Assembly (NCBI RefSeq): GCF_037042905.1
Contig: NC_087253.1
Coordinates: 1,550,001 to 1,614,000, forward strand
Direction of reading: 5' to 3'
Source: Lytechinus pictus
Taxonomy: Eukaryota
Length of the DNA stretch: 64,000 bases
The notes beneath the pieces are model-generated. The model did not search any database. It was not told where the DNA came from and worked only from the letters and a program-made list of their open reading frames with translations. Each line of letters begins with the position of its first letter. Position 1 is the stretch's first letter. The position numbers and the translations under genes were made by a program. Below are positions 38,396 through 51,698 of this stretch, in pieces.

Positions 38396-41300
38396 TGGGT
38401 GAAAAAGATATTCATTTATAATTTATGTATACATCAAAACACAATGTTGTATAAGAGTCCACTAAATATCAATCCAGAAGACGATGCCTCTTCGGATCAT
38501 GAACCTTTCTCTTATAATTCATATCTTGACAAATGAAAGACTGTATTTCAAGAGTTTGTTTGCAAAAGGGGTTATAGATCCACTTCATTCCAAGAAAATC
38601 ATGTTTTTTATTCTCCCATATTGCAATATTCTTATGTGAAACTAAATTGCCATTATACCCTACAATGTGAACATAATTTGGGTATAAAAGAAATATGGTT
38701 GTCTTCATATTTTAGATTTCCCCCCCCCCCAAATTGCCTATTTGGATCTAGCCCGATTGAAAACAATTGAAATGGATCTAACCCCTTTTAAAAATTGCCA
38801 TTTCTGTTCACTTTTTAATGGGAATTTCGACTTTTCTTTGGTATCATCTTATAAAGTTACTAATGATCTAGACACATTGAGACAAAAAAATTCAAATTTG
38901 ATGAAAAATATATGGATCTAAACCCCTTTTGCAATTGAGCTCTTCGTTGAAACATTTATTTATCTTTCTCTTGCTGCTCTGATTCTTACATGATATTACC
39001 CCGGCCCACTGATTTTCATGGCCCCCGTTGATTTTTTTTTAAACTCTCGTTCCCTATTAATACTTCCCGGCCGTGATTTAACCCCCCCCCCAAAAAAAAA
39101 AAAAAAAAAAACCGCTACCCCGCCAGCTGTAATGTTCTGCGGAATAATTATTACAAAAATATCAGTTTGTGTCGTTTTTATTCTCTTCCCAATACTATGC
39201 ACCACCCCCTGGTGTTTTTTCATCCTCTTTAATTTGCTTTAATTTGGGCTTTTATCTTGCGTCTTAGTGGCTCTTGAACGGGATGTCGCGGGTTTAATCC
39301 CCGGCCAAGTCAAGACTTATTAAACTTGACCTTCTTCCTTCTTGCTATAAGCGCTTAGCATTTGGATTGGAGAAGGCCTGGAGTTATATGGTAACTTCTT
39401 GGAGAAGGGTAATAGTATATGTTGCAGGGCCCGCGCTGGAAGAGCAGTTTTCTAACTGAAGTGGCTAACTGGCTATACCCCCGATAATACCCTGATGGGT
39501 AAATAAATCATTATTATTATCATCATCTTCTTCTTTCAGGAAGTGGTTAATTTACGAATCCCTTAATCACTTTTCTTCTAGTTCCTCTGTCCCTCTTATT
39601 CCTTCATGGTTTCAGCTCTCATTATCGATCGTTCCGTCATCAGCTTTTTCAAGGAGGAAGGGGATGCTTCGAATGGTCCTGGGAAACGGGGGTGCTGCGT
39701 GTATTATTTTCCATAGTCAGCACCCCCAGGCCATATTCTGGAAGATGTGACTAAATGGACATAAGTAACCAAAATGACCTACCTTTATTTTACAGACACC
39801 TTTTTTTTTGCTTGTCAAATTGCTCAGGACGAAAATGACCTTCCGTTTGCATGGGCGGAAATCCCAGGGGGACGTGTCCCTCCTACCAAAATAGTATAGG
39901 GGGACACAATATCAAATGTCCCCGTACTATTTTTCGTCTTTTATAATGGAGAAAAAATACATCATTCACAATCAAACTAATACATGCATTTTAGGATTAA
40001 ATGACCTTACATTTTGGGTGAAGCCCACCCCTTTTTTGTGCTTGTAAATTATTTTGGGGTTAAAATGACCTTACATTTTGGATGATAACCCTTTTTTTTG
40101 CTTGCTTGTCAGATTTTCCAGCCCCTGGTCCCCCTACGCCTGGGGACAGATTTCCGCCCATGTCCGTTTGAAGTGAAACCCTTTTCCCCCCTTGTTCTTT
40201 TGCTTGTCAAATTGATTTCTCGGGACGAAAATGATTTCTTGATCATTTCGAAGTGATTTTTTTTTCTGCTTGGCAAATTGACATCATCATCAGCACCCCA
40301 CTCAGTGCTTTAATAGTGTGTGTGTGGGGGGGGGGGGTAGAGAAAAACATTACCAATTCCAATGTGGCAGAGAGAGTAGCTTTTTGACAATTCACCCCTC
40401 CCCCTCGACGACGAACTCCCCGAAGAAAAATGTGGTCTGTAGGGGGGGGGGGGGGTTTCCGCCATGTAAACCCCTTTTCTTATACCGCCATTCCCATTTT
40501 CTTTCTTGTTTTCTCTCTTAATTGTTCATGTTATTTGTCTTTACCTATCCCCATACTGCCATTTGTTCTTTTCTATCCTGTTTTTTAACTCACTACAAGT
40601 GGCGTATTATGAGTCAACATTTTTGAGGTGACCAGATACGGCGTATGGGACAAAAATTTTGAACAGGATAAAATCTAACATTGTGTTAGTTTTTGACATA
40701 GTATTCAGAAAATATTGTTTCCTTTTTTTTGGAAGGGGGGTCTGTACGTCAGTGTCATTAAGCCTATACCTTTTTTCCTTCGGTCGTTACCCCTTTAATT
40801 CCCTCTCTCACTTTCTATTTAATTTGATTTGCTCCCGATTCTCACAATGACATTCTTATTTTTTACTGTCATTTACACTTCTCTCTCTCGTTTCACCTTT
40901 TTTCCATACATCCACCCTTTCTTTCTCATTTTCTATCCGTTTAATGCTTTCTCTCTTACCAACTCTACCTTTTCTTTTCCTCTCGTTTCATAAATCCCTT
41001 TTTTTCTAATATCTATTATTTAAAAACCAAGTGTAATAAAAAATTCACTCCCATTATATCAAAACATGAAAAATGGTGACAAATCATAAAGATTGATTGC
41101 AAGGCTGGTTTTGATGATTACTTACATTTTTGTGTACAATCATTCATAAAAGTAAGCCCTACGTTCAATCCTTAAGCTTTATGCTACAGAGCACAGGGTC
41201 CCCCGGTGTGCATAACTTAGAACGCCTACCACCAGATTCGTAATATTTGGGGCATACTAATTAATTATCACTTTAATTACTTCCTTGGGCTAATTATCAT

Positions 41301-43040
41301 TAAGTTCAATGATCTACCTAATTGCCATTTTGTTTTTGCCTCATTTTAAGGACCATTTAGATTACTAACAATTCATCAAATCTGAATCAATTAGATATAG
41401 ACCAATGAAATTGGGAGAATTAGTAGGTAGATATTAAAAATTGTACCAACTGACCCCCCCCCCCCCCAAAAAAAAAAAAAGATTATTGAAGGGGAAATCG
41501 ACCCAGAGAACAAGTCATTTTAATAAATCTAAGAAAACAAGAATTATTAATGAAAGTTTTCAATTTTTTTGTGTGATGTCGCATGGGAGCAGCTATCCAA
41601 TATGTCATGTAATATGAAATCAATAGTTAAAACTTAATGGTCATGAAATTCTTTTTTTTCTGATAACATGATGCAAGGGTAAAAAATAATGCAAATTATG
41701 CCAAAAATATCACTCACAAATGGAAGAGCTGCTCGCATGAAAAAAATAACTTGTTTTTCTCGGATGGATTTTTCCACCCAACCTTCATGAATATATTTCC
41801 TTCATTTTTGCTGCATGCATTAAAACCACCATTTAGGTGAACTAAATGCCACCGCATACCTCATGACAACTCTGCGACCCAATTTTGAGGAAAGAAGTGA
41901 AATTTATGCTTATACTTGGAATATCTTACTGCGTATTGTTAATCATCGTACATATACCTATGATCAAATCTGTGACTATGCTATCATCCTTATTAGAATA
42001 AAGCGAATTTAATATCAAGTCGTAATGACAAAGCAATCATACAATTGGCTAAGATTTGAAACTAATTCGGCCTTTACTCCAAAATGAAGGCTTGCAATCA
42101 TCGAAAATTGTTATATTAGTATTCTTTCAATTAATTTGAGGATCAAGTAAAATGATACTTTTCATTCACTTTTTCAGAAAATGAGGCAAAATGCAAATTG
42201 TTCCCAAATTGGATTGTGGACCAGTTGTAAGGTGTGCGATGGCTTTTACATGGGCCAAAATGGTATAGACCAGGGGTGCATTTCATGAGAAGTTCTGTCA
42301 GTGAATTTTCAATGACAGGTGTTATAAGTTACTGAAAATCCTTGCACCCGATTGGCTGAGAGAGAAAAAGTCAGGAAGAATCACTGCCAAAACTTCTTAT
42401 GAAATGCTCCCAAGAGCCAATTCACCTTTTTCATGACATAATCAGCCACAGCAGGGAACCATCTTACAATGAGTTGTGATTGATCTGATCAACCACAACT
42501 ATGGAAAGCCAGCAACATCAACATTTAAATTGGACTTTTGCTCAAAATATTTTATATTTATGCTATGAATTCACACATTCATTGTTTTCTTGAATTTAAG
42601 TGTACTTCTCTTTGTTTACAAAGAACATTGTGCAAATTTTTTGCAGAAAAGCATGAATCTATGGACTTCCATACAGTTGAGGTTGATCGCATCATCCATA
42701 ACTCTTTGAAAGACGGGCCACCGAGCTTCACTTTCATCTGCACGCATAGTACTAGTATGAAAGAAAATATTACAAAAATACAGGACTCAATAGCTATACC
42801 AGTGAATATGACGGCTTTATTTAGGCTTCCAGCCCGCATTATTGTATCATTGTAGTACATGATGTACTACCATGCATCACGGTTGTATTTGGCGGAGATC
42901 AATAGAAGTTATGGTGTAACTTAGAATATAAACAGTCTGTTTTAGTGTGGGACATCAAGAAATATATTTGAAATATTTCAAGAATATCTGATGTATTTCA
43001 AGTAAATTTGAAAGAGTCTGTGAGACAATCAAGTGTCCAT

Positions 43041-46000
43041 TTAGGCAACAAGAACGCAGCATCCTCCGACCTTCTTGATCTTTTCCTCAGCTAGTCGGGA
43101 GAAGAACTTGGCCTTGACGATGACAGGTTGCTTGGGAAGAACTCCCTTACCAAGTATCTTGTAATAACCCTACAGAAGGTGAAAGGAAAAGAAGGGGGGG
43201 GGGAGAGAATAATTAGAGAGGATTATATTAACACTTTACACTATATGGGTCTGAGGTCTGGAAAGCACACAGTGTAATCACATAGGCCTGAATTCACAAA
43301 GCCTGTTTTGAATCCATGGTTTCAAACCAAATATGCAGATTTTTTAATTGCAAGTCTTTTGATCACAACATGCAAATTTGCAAGGTTACAGTTCACTGTA
43401 TGTTTTGATGAATTCACATTAATAGTACGGTACTCATTGATAATGTAATGTTTAATAGCAACTTAGCAAGAAGCAGCAATCAAGCGCAGTGATAAAAGTT
43501 TGCATGCATTATTGGATGCTTTCTCAATATACGTGCTGAATAAAGTGAAGTTGAGGATGAAACCTGCATAAAACATGAGTCTGAACCAGGGATTTGGATC
43601 ATAAACAATACAGGAAAATCAAACACAATTACTATGTTTGTTGAACAGGATCATTTTCACAGTAACTATGTTCACATACTGATTGTGTTCCCATTGCGTC
43701 ACACTAAGTTGAATAAGACCATTTTCACAGGGTGATGAGTTCACACTGTGTCAGATGGCGTTTACTGTTTACATGGAGCACTTTCATATTCTGTGTTCAC
43801 ACTGTGTCAGACGGTGTTTAAATGGAGCACTGTCATATACAGACTGTGTTCACATTGTGTCAGTGTTTGAATGGAGCACTATGTTCACACTGTTTCAGAC
43901 TGTGTTTTAATGGAGCACTTTCATGTTCTGATTGTGTCACATTGTGTCAGGTGTTTAAATGAAGCACTTCATATTCTGACTGTTCACATTGAGTCAGGTG
44001 TTTAAATGAAGCACTTCATATTCTGACTGTGTTTAAATGAAACACTTCATATTCTGACTGTGTTCACATTGTGCCACATTTTCTTATCCAGTAAGGTTTT
44101 GACATTTCTTACTAATATCCATCTATACCATAGATGATGTATCAACTGTCCATATTGCTGTTTGGGAGTATGTTATTTCTTCCCACATGACTCAAATGAA
44201 CCATATGAGTCAGTGGATTGCGCAATAACATAAAGGATGTTCTGTCTGTGTTAGCAATGTAAACATGAAAGATAACCCTGAATTATCCAAGCCCATGTAA
44301 GGAAGAGATCAATGCCAGTCAGTAAAGGTCAATGTGTCATTAAAGGTAGAGACTGAAATCTATGATCCATCTTGAAGAGTTGTTAATGCTGCTGATGATA
44401 ATGGCTATGGTGATGATGATGATGGTAGTGTTGACGATGGTGACTATAATGATAGTACCGACAATGATGAAGGTGATGATAAAATGATGATGATGATTAT
44501 GACGATGATAGGGTTGTGAAAACCACGATGTGGTGCTGATGATATAATGAATTGAATTTGTTGGAACATCATTGACATCTGCCATTTTCAAAACAAAAAT
44601 ACACAGTAATACAAAACATATACAATTTGAGGGAAGAGAAATAACACGGCACAATTATTCAATACAAGTAATGATTATATAGTGATGCATGAATGGTGAT
44701 GATAATGACAATATGGTGATAATGATAATGTTCATAATAATAATGATAATGATGATTAAAAACACTGTAAAGAGCCATTTATCTGTAACCAACTTTCAAG
44801 CACCAGCTTTCACAATATGTAACATATTTCCCCAAACAAATCACAACTAAGGAAAGTTGGCAACTATATTTAACCCTATCTAGGCCGGGGGGGGGGGGGG
44901 CCTCCGAGGCCCCCCTCAACGAGTCACGCGATATTTTCGCCGCGCAAATTTTTTTGACCGCACTGCTCGCTGACTTTTTACTTTCAAGTCTTGCGCAACT
45001 TTTGAGACCAATTTTGTGTCACCCGGGTACGCGGTTCCGAAATTACGCAACGTTATGTAAGTGCATGTCAGACCAAAAATTGCTCAAAAACGTGATTTCG
45101 TGTACAAACTCAATGTAAATTGTGTTTTCAACCAAAAATCATAAATGTATGATTATTTTTAGTTTTGCTGGTCTAAATGTATGTATTTTATGCTGTTTAT
45201 GATTTTAGAAGAGTCCCCAATGAATTTCATTGAAAAAACAATGAAAAACAAAAGGTCCAAAAAACAAAGAAATAAATATAAGAAATTGCAAAAAAACAAT
45301 ATCATACATAAGAAATTGATCTGATATCACAATTTGTTCATGTACACTTGCTAAGAACATCACAAAGGGTTTCTATGCCAAAAATTAGAACATTTGGAGC
45401 TTTATTTATGGAGTTAGAGGAAAAAGTATGATTTCGAATACTAATTACGCATAAATTAGCATAATTACTTCATAACAATTCGCATGAAATAAATTACTAT
45501 ACAATTTTGTAGATTATATCCAAGACAACCTGCATGCCAATTTTCGGCGCGATCGCGCGGCCAACGGCCGAGATCTCAACCCCCCCCCCCCGCCATATGA
45601 ACTCCCAAAATACCCCGGCCTAGATAGGGTTAAGGATGACCCAACATTCATTTATGTGGCAGTTGATCTGAAGGCACAGAGTTGAAGTTGTGATAGTGTG
45701 TGTGATTAGGAATTCAGGATTAGAGTAAGGATTAAGAATAGGGGGATTTGGTTCACTAGAGCTGCTGGAGAATTTTCAATCAACAATGATGATTTACTTA
45801 CTAAAACTGGGTAGGAAATAAATTCAATTTTTAGGGTCTATCATTTCATCCACTTTGGGGTGATCGCAGAATTGGGGGGGGGGGGGCTACTACTTTAGTT
45901 TTAATGGCTACTTTTTAGGGGCAATAAGCAATTGTGCAGTAAATGCAAATATCATTATCCTGCCATAATTAGAATATTGATTTTCTAAATATTCTTAAAT

Positions 46001-49000
46001 ATTGTTTACGACAGATCTTGAGTCAACTCTAGAAGAATGGCTGCCCCAGAACAAGCATTTTGGGGGAATTTTTAGGTTGATTTGGGCCGTCATGAGGGCG
46101 AAATCACCCATCACACTCATGCATTTCCTATGCTTTATAAAAGAATCCTATGTTGAAAAGCAGTGAAATTACATCTGTTTAAGCAGTATAGAACCATAGC
46201 TTGTATGTGAATAATTTATATTTTTTTTCAAATGGTAACTTAGTCATCATATGGTAAGTATCATAGTAAACAATGCTCAACAGCAAATCAAAATCAATGA
46301 TTCCATGGGATGGCAAAGTTTTCACAATGGGCTCAAAAGGACCCATTGCTGGTTCTTGCACTTACTGCTCGAACAGCATCAATGACCGGTGCTTTGTCTG
46401 TCTTGTCTGCGTACTGCAGTCTAGTCTGCTCACTAACCAGGCTCCATAGTTTGTCCAGATTGATGGCTGGTTTGTAGTATTTCTGTTTGGTCAAGTGAAA
46501 GTGTCTCATACCAACTTTGCCAAAGTAGCCAGGATGGCTGTGAAAGAAAGACAAGATTATGATTAAAGGTCAAGATTTTTTATTGGATACATCAAGTTAC
46601 TGCATACATGACTTTTAGAATCCTTTACCTCAGGACATCCAAACTTTTATCATTGCTCCTTCTGTACCTTTTTAGCTGATTTGAAGTTTCATAATCTTCT
46701 ATTAAATCACGATGAAGTTTTTGAACTTTAGACTTACGCCACAACCTAACACCCTCACTCCATATGCACATTATATTGGAAATGATAGCATTTGATTAGT
46801 TCTTATTATTGCAAGAACAACTCTGTTCCATTGGTACAGGCAAACAAATTATTTATCTCATCTTACTATTTGTCGTAGTTGATCCTATGATGATGCTGTC
46901 CACCAGCGTTTCCCCTTCCGCCGGGATGCTTACGATGTTTGCCAATACGACCGTGACCGTGGCTCACGTGACCACGCAGCTTACGGGTCTTCTTCTGCTT
47001 GCGGGGAGCCTGAGAGAAGTCAGATATACTTGAATTAGATCATTAGAAATTATTCTTTTTGGATAAAATGTAAAATTTGGATCTGTTTACATGCATTTTT
47101 AATAATTTAGGAATCTATCCTAAAGTGACTGCGAAAGGCTGTTCATAGATAAGGTCAGGACTGGTGTATTGGCTAAACCATTGCACAATCATTTTCCATG
47201 ACATAAGTTAAAAGGGCATCATAAACAATTAAAAAGAGGCTAAAGAAAAACTTCAGTAAAAACTTCAGAAAAACTTAAGCACTGTGGTATAATTGATATG
47301 GCAAGGTCTTTTTTGCTCCAACTTTAATTCAAATTGATAAAAGGCCTTATTGATAGGTGGACAGTATTATGACATTGTTTAGATTCTGACTTAGTTTTAG
47401 ATTAACTGAAAAGTTTGAAGTTTTACATACAGGGGTGTGAGAGCAAGATTGAAAAAAAAAACCTGAAAAAAATCTGAAATAAGAAGTGTGTACAAAGTGC
47501 ACACCACAAGCGCCAAGTCCAAATAGGCTCTAGATGCTCACTCTGGTGCAATCTAGGCTATTTTGGACACCATTTCTTACAATTTCAAATGGTTGGTTTG
47601 GGGGATATAAAAAAAAAACCAACAGAATTCTGAGGCTTGAAACTTGACATAAATGATAATATGGAACTAGATTATGTATTTTATTACATAGTTGTTCCAA
47701 ATGTCAAGTTTGAAGCCTCTGGTATCAAGATATGAAACAATTTTTAATAACCCCAAAATCAACCATTTTAAATTGTAAGATATGTTTTGGCGCTAGTGTA
47801 CTTTCGCACCTCCCCGTTTAATGGTTTTCAAACATGTACAATCTCACCCTAAATAATTCACAACCTAAAATACTTGCATCTGAGCCTCCAAAGTCCAGTA
47901 GAAGTTGAATATTTGCCATTTTGACACTTTTTTTACAAAGTTTTACACCTATTTCGGAATCACTCGGTCGCTTGATCAAGCTCAGCGCTGCACATAAGCA
48001 GTCGGTACGCGAATGGGTACGTACCACCTAGTGAAGTGCAAGAAGAGCAAGTTTTTCTATGGTATCTTCAAAAAGATTTTTCCCCCTCTTTCAGCTTGCA
48101 CCAAGTATTACGGTAGTGGTTGTGCAGAGTGGTTGATGTTTGTTGTGTGAAGGTATGTGTGTGAGGTGTGCGTGTGTGTGATTTTTTTGAATGAAATAAG
48201 AAATGTGAAAAATGTGAATACAGTTGAAAGTTCTCTGACCTAGAGTTCAAAACAAGGCTCTAAGTGAAGGCTCTACATTATTATTTCTTATTTCATCGCT
48301 AAATCTACGTGTATTCACATTTTTCACATTTCTTATTTCATTCAAACAAGCACACACACGCACACCCCACACACACCTTCACACAACAAACATCAACCAC
48401 TCTGCACAACCACTACCGTAATACTTGGTGCAAGCTGAGAGGGGAAAAAATCTTTTTGAAGATACCATAGAAAAACTCGTTCTTCTTGCACAACTGGGCG
48501 TTGTGGCGTGCGCCTGTAATCCAAGCCATGTGGGGAAGTTACAAATTGATGCAGAGGTTCGAGGTTCGAGCCCCGGTCACGTCTTTCGGATGGTGACGTT
48601 AAAGGTCGGTCCCAGACGTAAATAATCGTATCTGATTGATACACGTCTGACAAAACTCAAATACACACACACACACACACTTCACTAGGTGGTACGTACT
48701 GTTCGCGTACCGACTGCTTATGTGCAGCGCTGAGCTTGATCAAGCGACCGAGTGATTCCGAAATAGGTGTAAAACTTTGTAAAAAAGTGTCAAAACAGCA
48801 AATATTCAACTTCTACTGGACTTTAGAGGCTCAGATGCAAGTATTTTAGGTTGTGAATTATTTAGGGTGAGATTGTACATGTTTGAAAACCATTAAACGG
48901 GGAGGTGCGAAACTACACTAGCGCCTATGTTTTTTTTTAAGCCTAGATTGCACCAGAGAGAATGTAGATAACAAGCTGGCCAGCAGTCAATCACAACATG

Positions 49001-50124
49001 CATCAAACACATTACAGCATTATCACTTACACATCAAGGCCCAATTTAACTAAAAAACGGTCCAAATTAAATGTGGAATCTGCACCTTATTTCCAGAGCA
49101 TGCGGCGGCTTAGCTCATTATTTAAAACGCGGGCCGCAGGGTTGCCGAAATCATACCAATCAAAAAAGAAAAAACTGAAAAAAAAACCCACATTAACTTC
49201 GCAGATTGAAACCTCACCGCGCTAGCATAGCATGCACGACTCAATTTCCGCATGTGCTACATACGAAAGTTGAGCGCGAGCATTACATGGCATGTTATTG
49301 AAGTGCTAATCGGAAGTTACACTCACTCGATATGTCGTCAATGTATATTAGAAATTGAAAACAGGCAGAAAATAAAAATTGCTGTTAGATGTAAAAAATC
49401 AGATTTAAACTTTTTATTTTTAAACTAAAGTTGACACATTTTTTCTCTTTGGATGTTTTGAGTTTGGAGAATAACCTGTCCTTGCCCTGGCTTGGACCTC
49501 GCATTGTCAATGACAATGCCAACACTCACCAAGCACTAAGCACTAAGCCTAGGCCAAGGCCTCATTCACATACGCATACATACGTTGTTCGCGCACACAC
49601 CGGTCCAACATGCCCAAGCAAAGGCCATGAATTGAACACTCCGATCCCACAGGCACAGCCACAGCCCAGGCCACACCACTGGCACAGCCACAGGATAAAA
49701 TTCATTTCGGTCCCACCTATTGTTTATGATGTTCTTGAAAAAATTGCAAATTGGTTACAAAATTGATAAAAATAAAACACAGAAGTAGATGGAAGCTTGG
49801 TCATTGATAAAATAATAACATCAACAGACTTTGTATATTTCTGTCAATAGTGTAATGAAAATACATAGTCTGCGACGAAATACGTTTTAAAGCAAAAACA
49901 AACTTCGTCTGGTGTCGTCACTCTAATGTGATATCGTATGAAAGACCATCCGTTTGAGTACTTTGTTACATTGTTTGCATACACTTTTTAACTGCAAAAC
50001 TTCATCTATTATGTTGAATATTACTTTATCTACACACATTTCATCCCTTTTTTGTCATATGTAGAGAAATAAGACAGATGGGGAACGATTTTCTAGAACA
50101 GTAATGACGTGTGTTCCCTACCAT
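43041..50124 (-). CDS. RPL27A: 60S ribosomal protein L27a (uL15), 148 aa
   Basis: Exons 50124-50122 (ATG only), 47009-46867, 46537-46366 and 43169-43041 total 447 nt; [38 protein letters not shown]...[14 protein letters not shown]...GGCCVLVA*. Confidence 0.97.
43660..44075. repeat. Degenerate minisatellite (~40-48 bp; TGTTCACACTGTGTCAG..GTTTAAATGGAGCACT) in RPL27A intron 3
   Basis: Roughly 8-9 visible degenerate units. Confidence 0.75.
44168..44318 (-). ncRNA. Candidate intronic box H/ACA snoRNA
   Basis: Sense to RPL27A: hairpin, H box (ACAGAA/AGAACA), hairpin UGUUAUU..UGACUCA..UGAGUCA..AAUA, ACA, 3 nt. The ACA is 14 nt from the upper stem. Target not identified. Confidence 0.4.
44874..45629. 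mobile_element. Non-autonomous piggyBac-type element
   Basis: Perfect 17-bp TIR CCCTATCTAGGCCGGGG with TTAA on both sides. Confidence 0.9.
47789..48925. mobile_element. Foldback-type non-autonomous DNA transposon with ~430-bp inverted arms and 8-bp TSD
   Basis: TATGTTTT|GGCGCTAGTGTA ... TACACTAGCGCC|TATGTTTT; arms 47789-48221 and 48311-48925, the latter interrupted by a SINE. Confidence 0.9.
48492..48680 (+). mobile_element. SINE with 7SL/Alu-like 5' end, tRNA-like B box and (CA)n tail
   Basis: Starts ACTGGGCGTTGTGGCGTGCGCCTGTAATCCAAGC, contains GGTTCGAGCCC, ends (CA)n; absent from the matching left arm of the host element. Confidence 0.8.
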
Positions 50125-50138
50125 TTTCGTCGAGCAAT

Positions 50139-50147
50139 GAAAAGAGA
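50139..50147 (-). promoter_or_regulatory. TCT initiator / 5'TOP of RPL27A
   Basis: TCTCTTTTC about 15 nt upstream of ATG|gt, typical of ribosomal-protein genes. Confidence 0.8.
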
Positions 50148-50419
50148 ATTGACATGCGCCCTCATTGTTGAAACTCGATTGAAGAATTGTGTGGAAACTT
50201 CGAGACTTGAAAGTACTGATTTGGGTCATCAAGTTTTGTAATCTTAATTTTACAGAAATATTCATTCAAGTCCGTCCTGCAAGAGCTAATTGTGATCACT
50301 AAAGTGTTGGGACCACAAAATATCGAAATAAATCCGATATCAGTCGTTTATCGATTATCAGAGACCGACGAAATATTTAGGGAGCTGCTGAATCAGACTG
50401 AGTTGAACGGTGTGGTGAG
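50148..50419. promoter_or_regulatory. Bidirectional promoter RPL27A/HSPBP1 and probable non-coding first exon of HSPBP1
   Basis: CpG-rich; plus-strand donor GAG|GTAAGG at 50419/50420; acceptor TTACAG about 15 nt before the HSPBP1 ATG. Confidence 0.6.
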
Positions 50420-50521
50420 GTAAGGGACGCCCGGCGGATCGGGGGAGGAAAAGTTGATTGCGATGGCGATGCTGTCTGATGTGGGCAGTGCACTGCACTG
50501 CACTGCAGTTTAGTGTATGGC

Positions 50522-51321
50522 TAGCCAGGGCCCAGGCGGCTTCTAACGTTAGAGAGTAAAAATCATTTACTAACGTAAGGTTACTCTCATACGAAGCCAG
50601 GCAGTCCTCCCCATTCATCTGCGTGTACCGCAAAAAACCCTGAAACTTTCGCCCCCGAGATTTCTACTTTCCTTCTAAAACTAGTAAAAGATCTTAGGCC
50701 CTAGCTCTAAAAAATACTAAATCATGTAAATGGGATAAAACTTCATTTCCGACATTTCTACGCTCTCGTTATTTTTAAAACAAGAATTCATCAAAAAAAT
50801 GAAAAAATATTGTGAAAAGACAGAAGAGACTTGCCCGATGTTTACGCCGCCCTCTTGTTTCTTATTGTACTTCCCCAACGTTACGCGACGCTCGATTTTT
50901 TTTTTTTTTTTTTACAAATCGTAATTTATTGAGAAAAATCATCTCTATATGTCTCTATTTCATAAAACGTACACAAATATGGTTATTAGATCAATGTAAT
51001 TTCAGGTAACTTGTTTTTTTTTTCAATCATTTTGTAAAAACCAGGGTGAGATATACACAAGTTTCAATGGTTTTTTTTTTCATCTGCAAGAGCAGTGCGC
51101 ATTTTAGCTTGCATGCAGCTTGAGCGCCGTGATGGGCGAGTGCGCTAAGCATTTTATTATTAAATACACTTTTTTGGGGGAAAATACATTTTTTTGTATC
51201 ACAGAATACAGTTTTTCATTCCCAGAGGTTGGCAGGTCTGATCCTGTCCCTGGCTCCATGAAGAGTGTAAAGCATACGTTAGTCAATGATTTTTACTCCC
51301 TAGGAGCGAGCCTGCTGGCTA
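50522..51321. mobile_element. Non-autonomous TIR element with TA ends
   Basis: TAGCCAG...TAGAGAGTAAAAATCATTTACTAACGTA / TACGTTAGTCAATGATTTTTACTCCCTA...CTGGCTA. Confidence 0.7.
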
Positions 51322-51698
51322 AGTTCCCCAAGTCCTGTCAGTCAGCAAGTCCCTATGCTAATGAGCAAGATTTATCCAAGTCCTCTCGTGGCTGAATTCA
51401 TATCCCTGCAACTCTCTTAAATTGTGAGACATTCTTAAAGAATTTATCCATTTTCTCCTTGAGTAAAATTGATCATTTTTTTTACCATAACCATGCCATA
51501 ACATAAGAAAGAGTAAACGTTACTCTTTTATTTTAGTTATTTCTTTTGAATAAAGTATTTTAAATTAAATAGCAGAAAAAATTGAAAGAAAGAAAAAAAA
51601 ATGGCTTTGTCTATTTGCAAGATATGATCTGGACCAGCTGATCAAATATTGGTTTAAATAATCCCATATGTATAAACTTACAGAGCATTTCAAGTATA

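Noticed and set aside
44085-44120. U17/snR30-like m1/m2 motifs (AUAUUAGUA ... AAACCUU)
   Set aside because: Mismatches to AUAUUCCUA and AAACCAU, and the segments simply pair with each other as a small hairpin.
48492-48545. Human Alu contamination or a true 7SL gene
   Set aside because: Similarity ends after ~35-45 nt, there is no S domain or Alu right arm, and it is cleanly embedded in a host-genome element.
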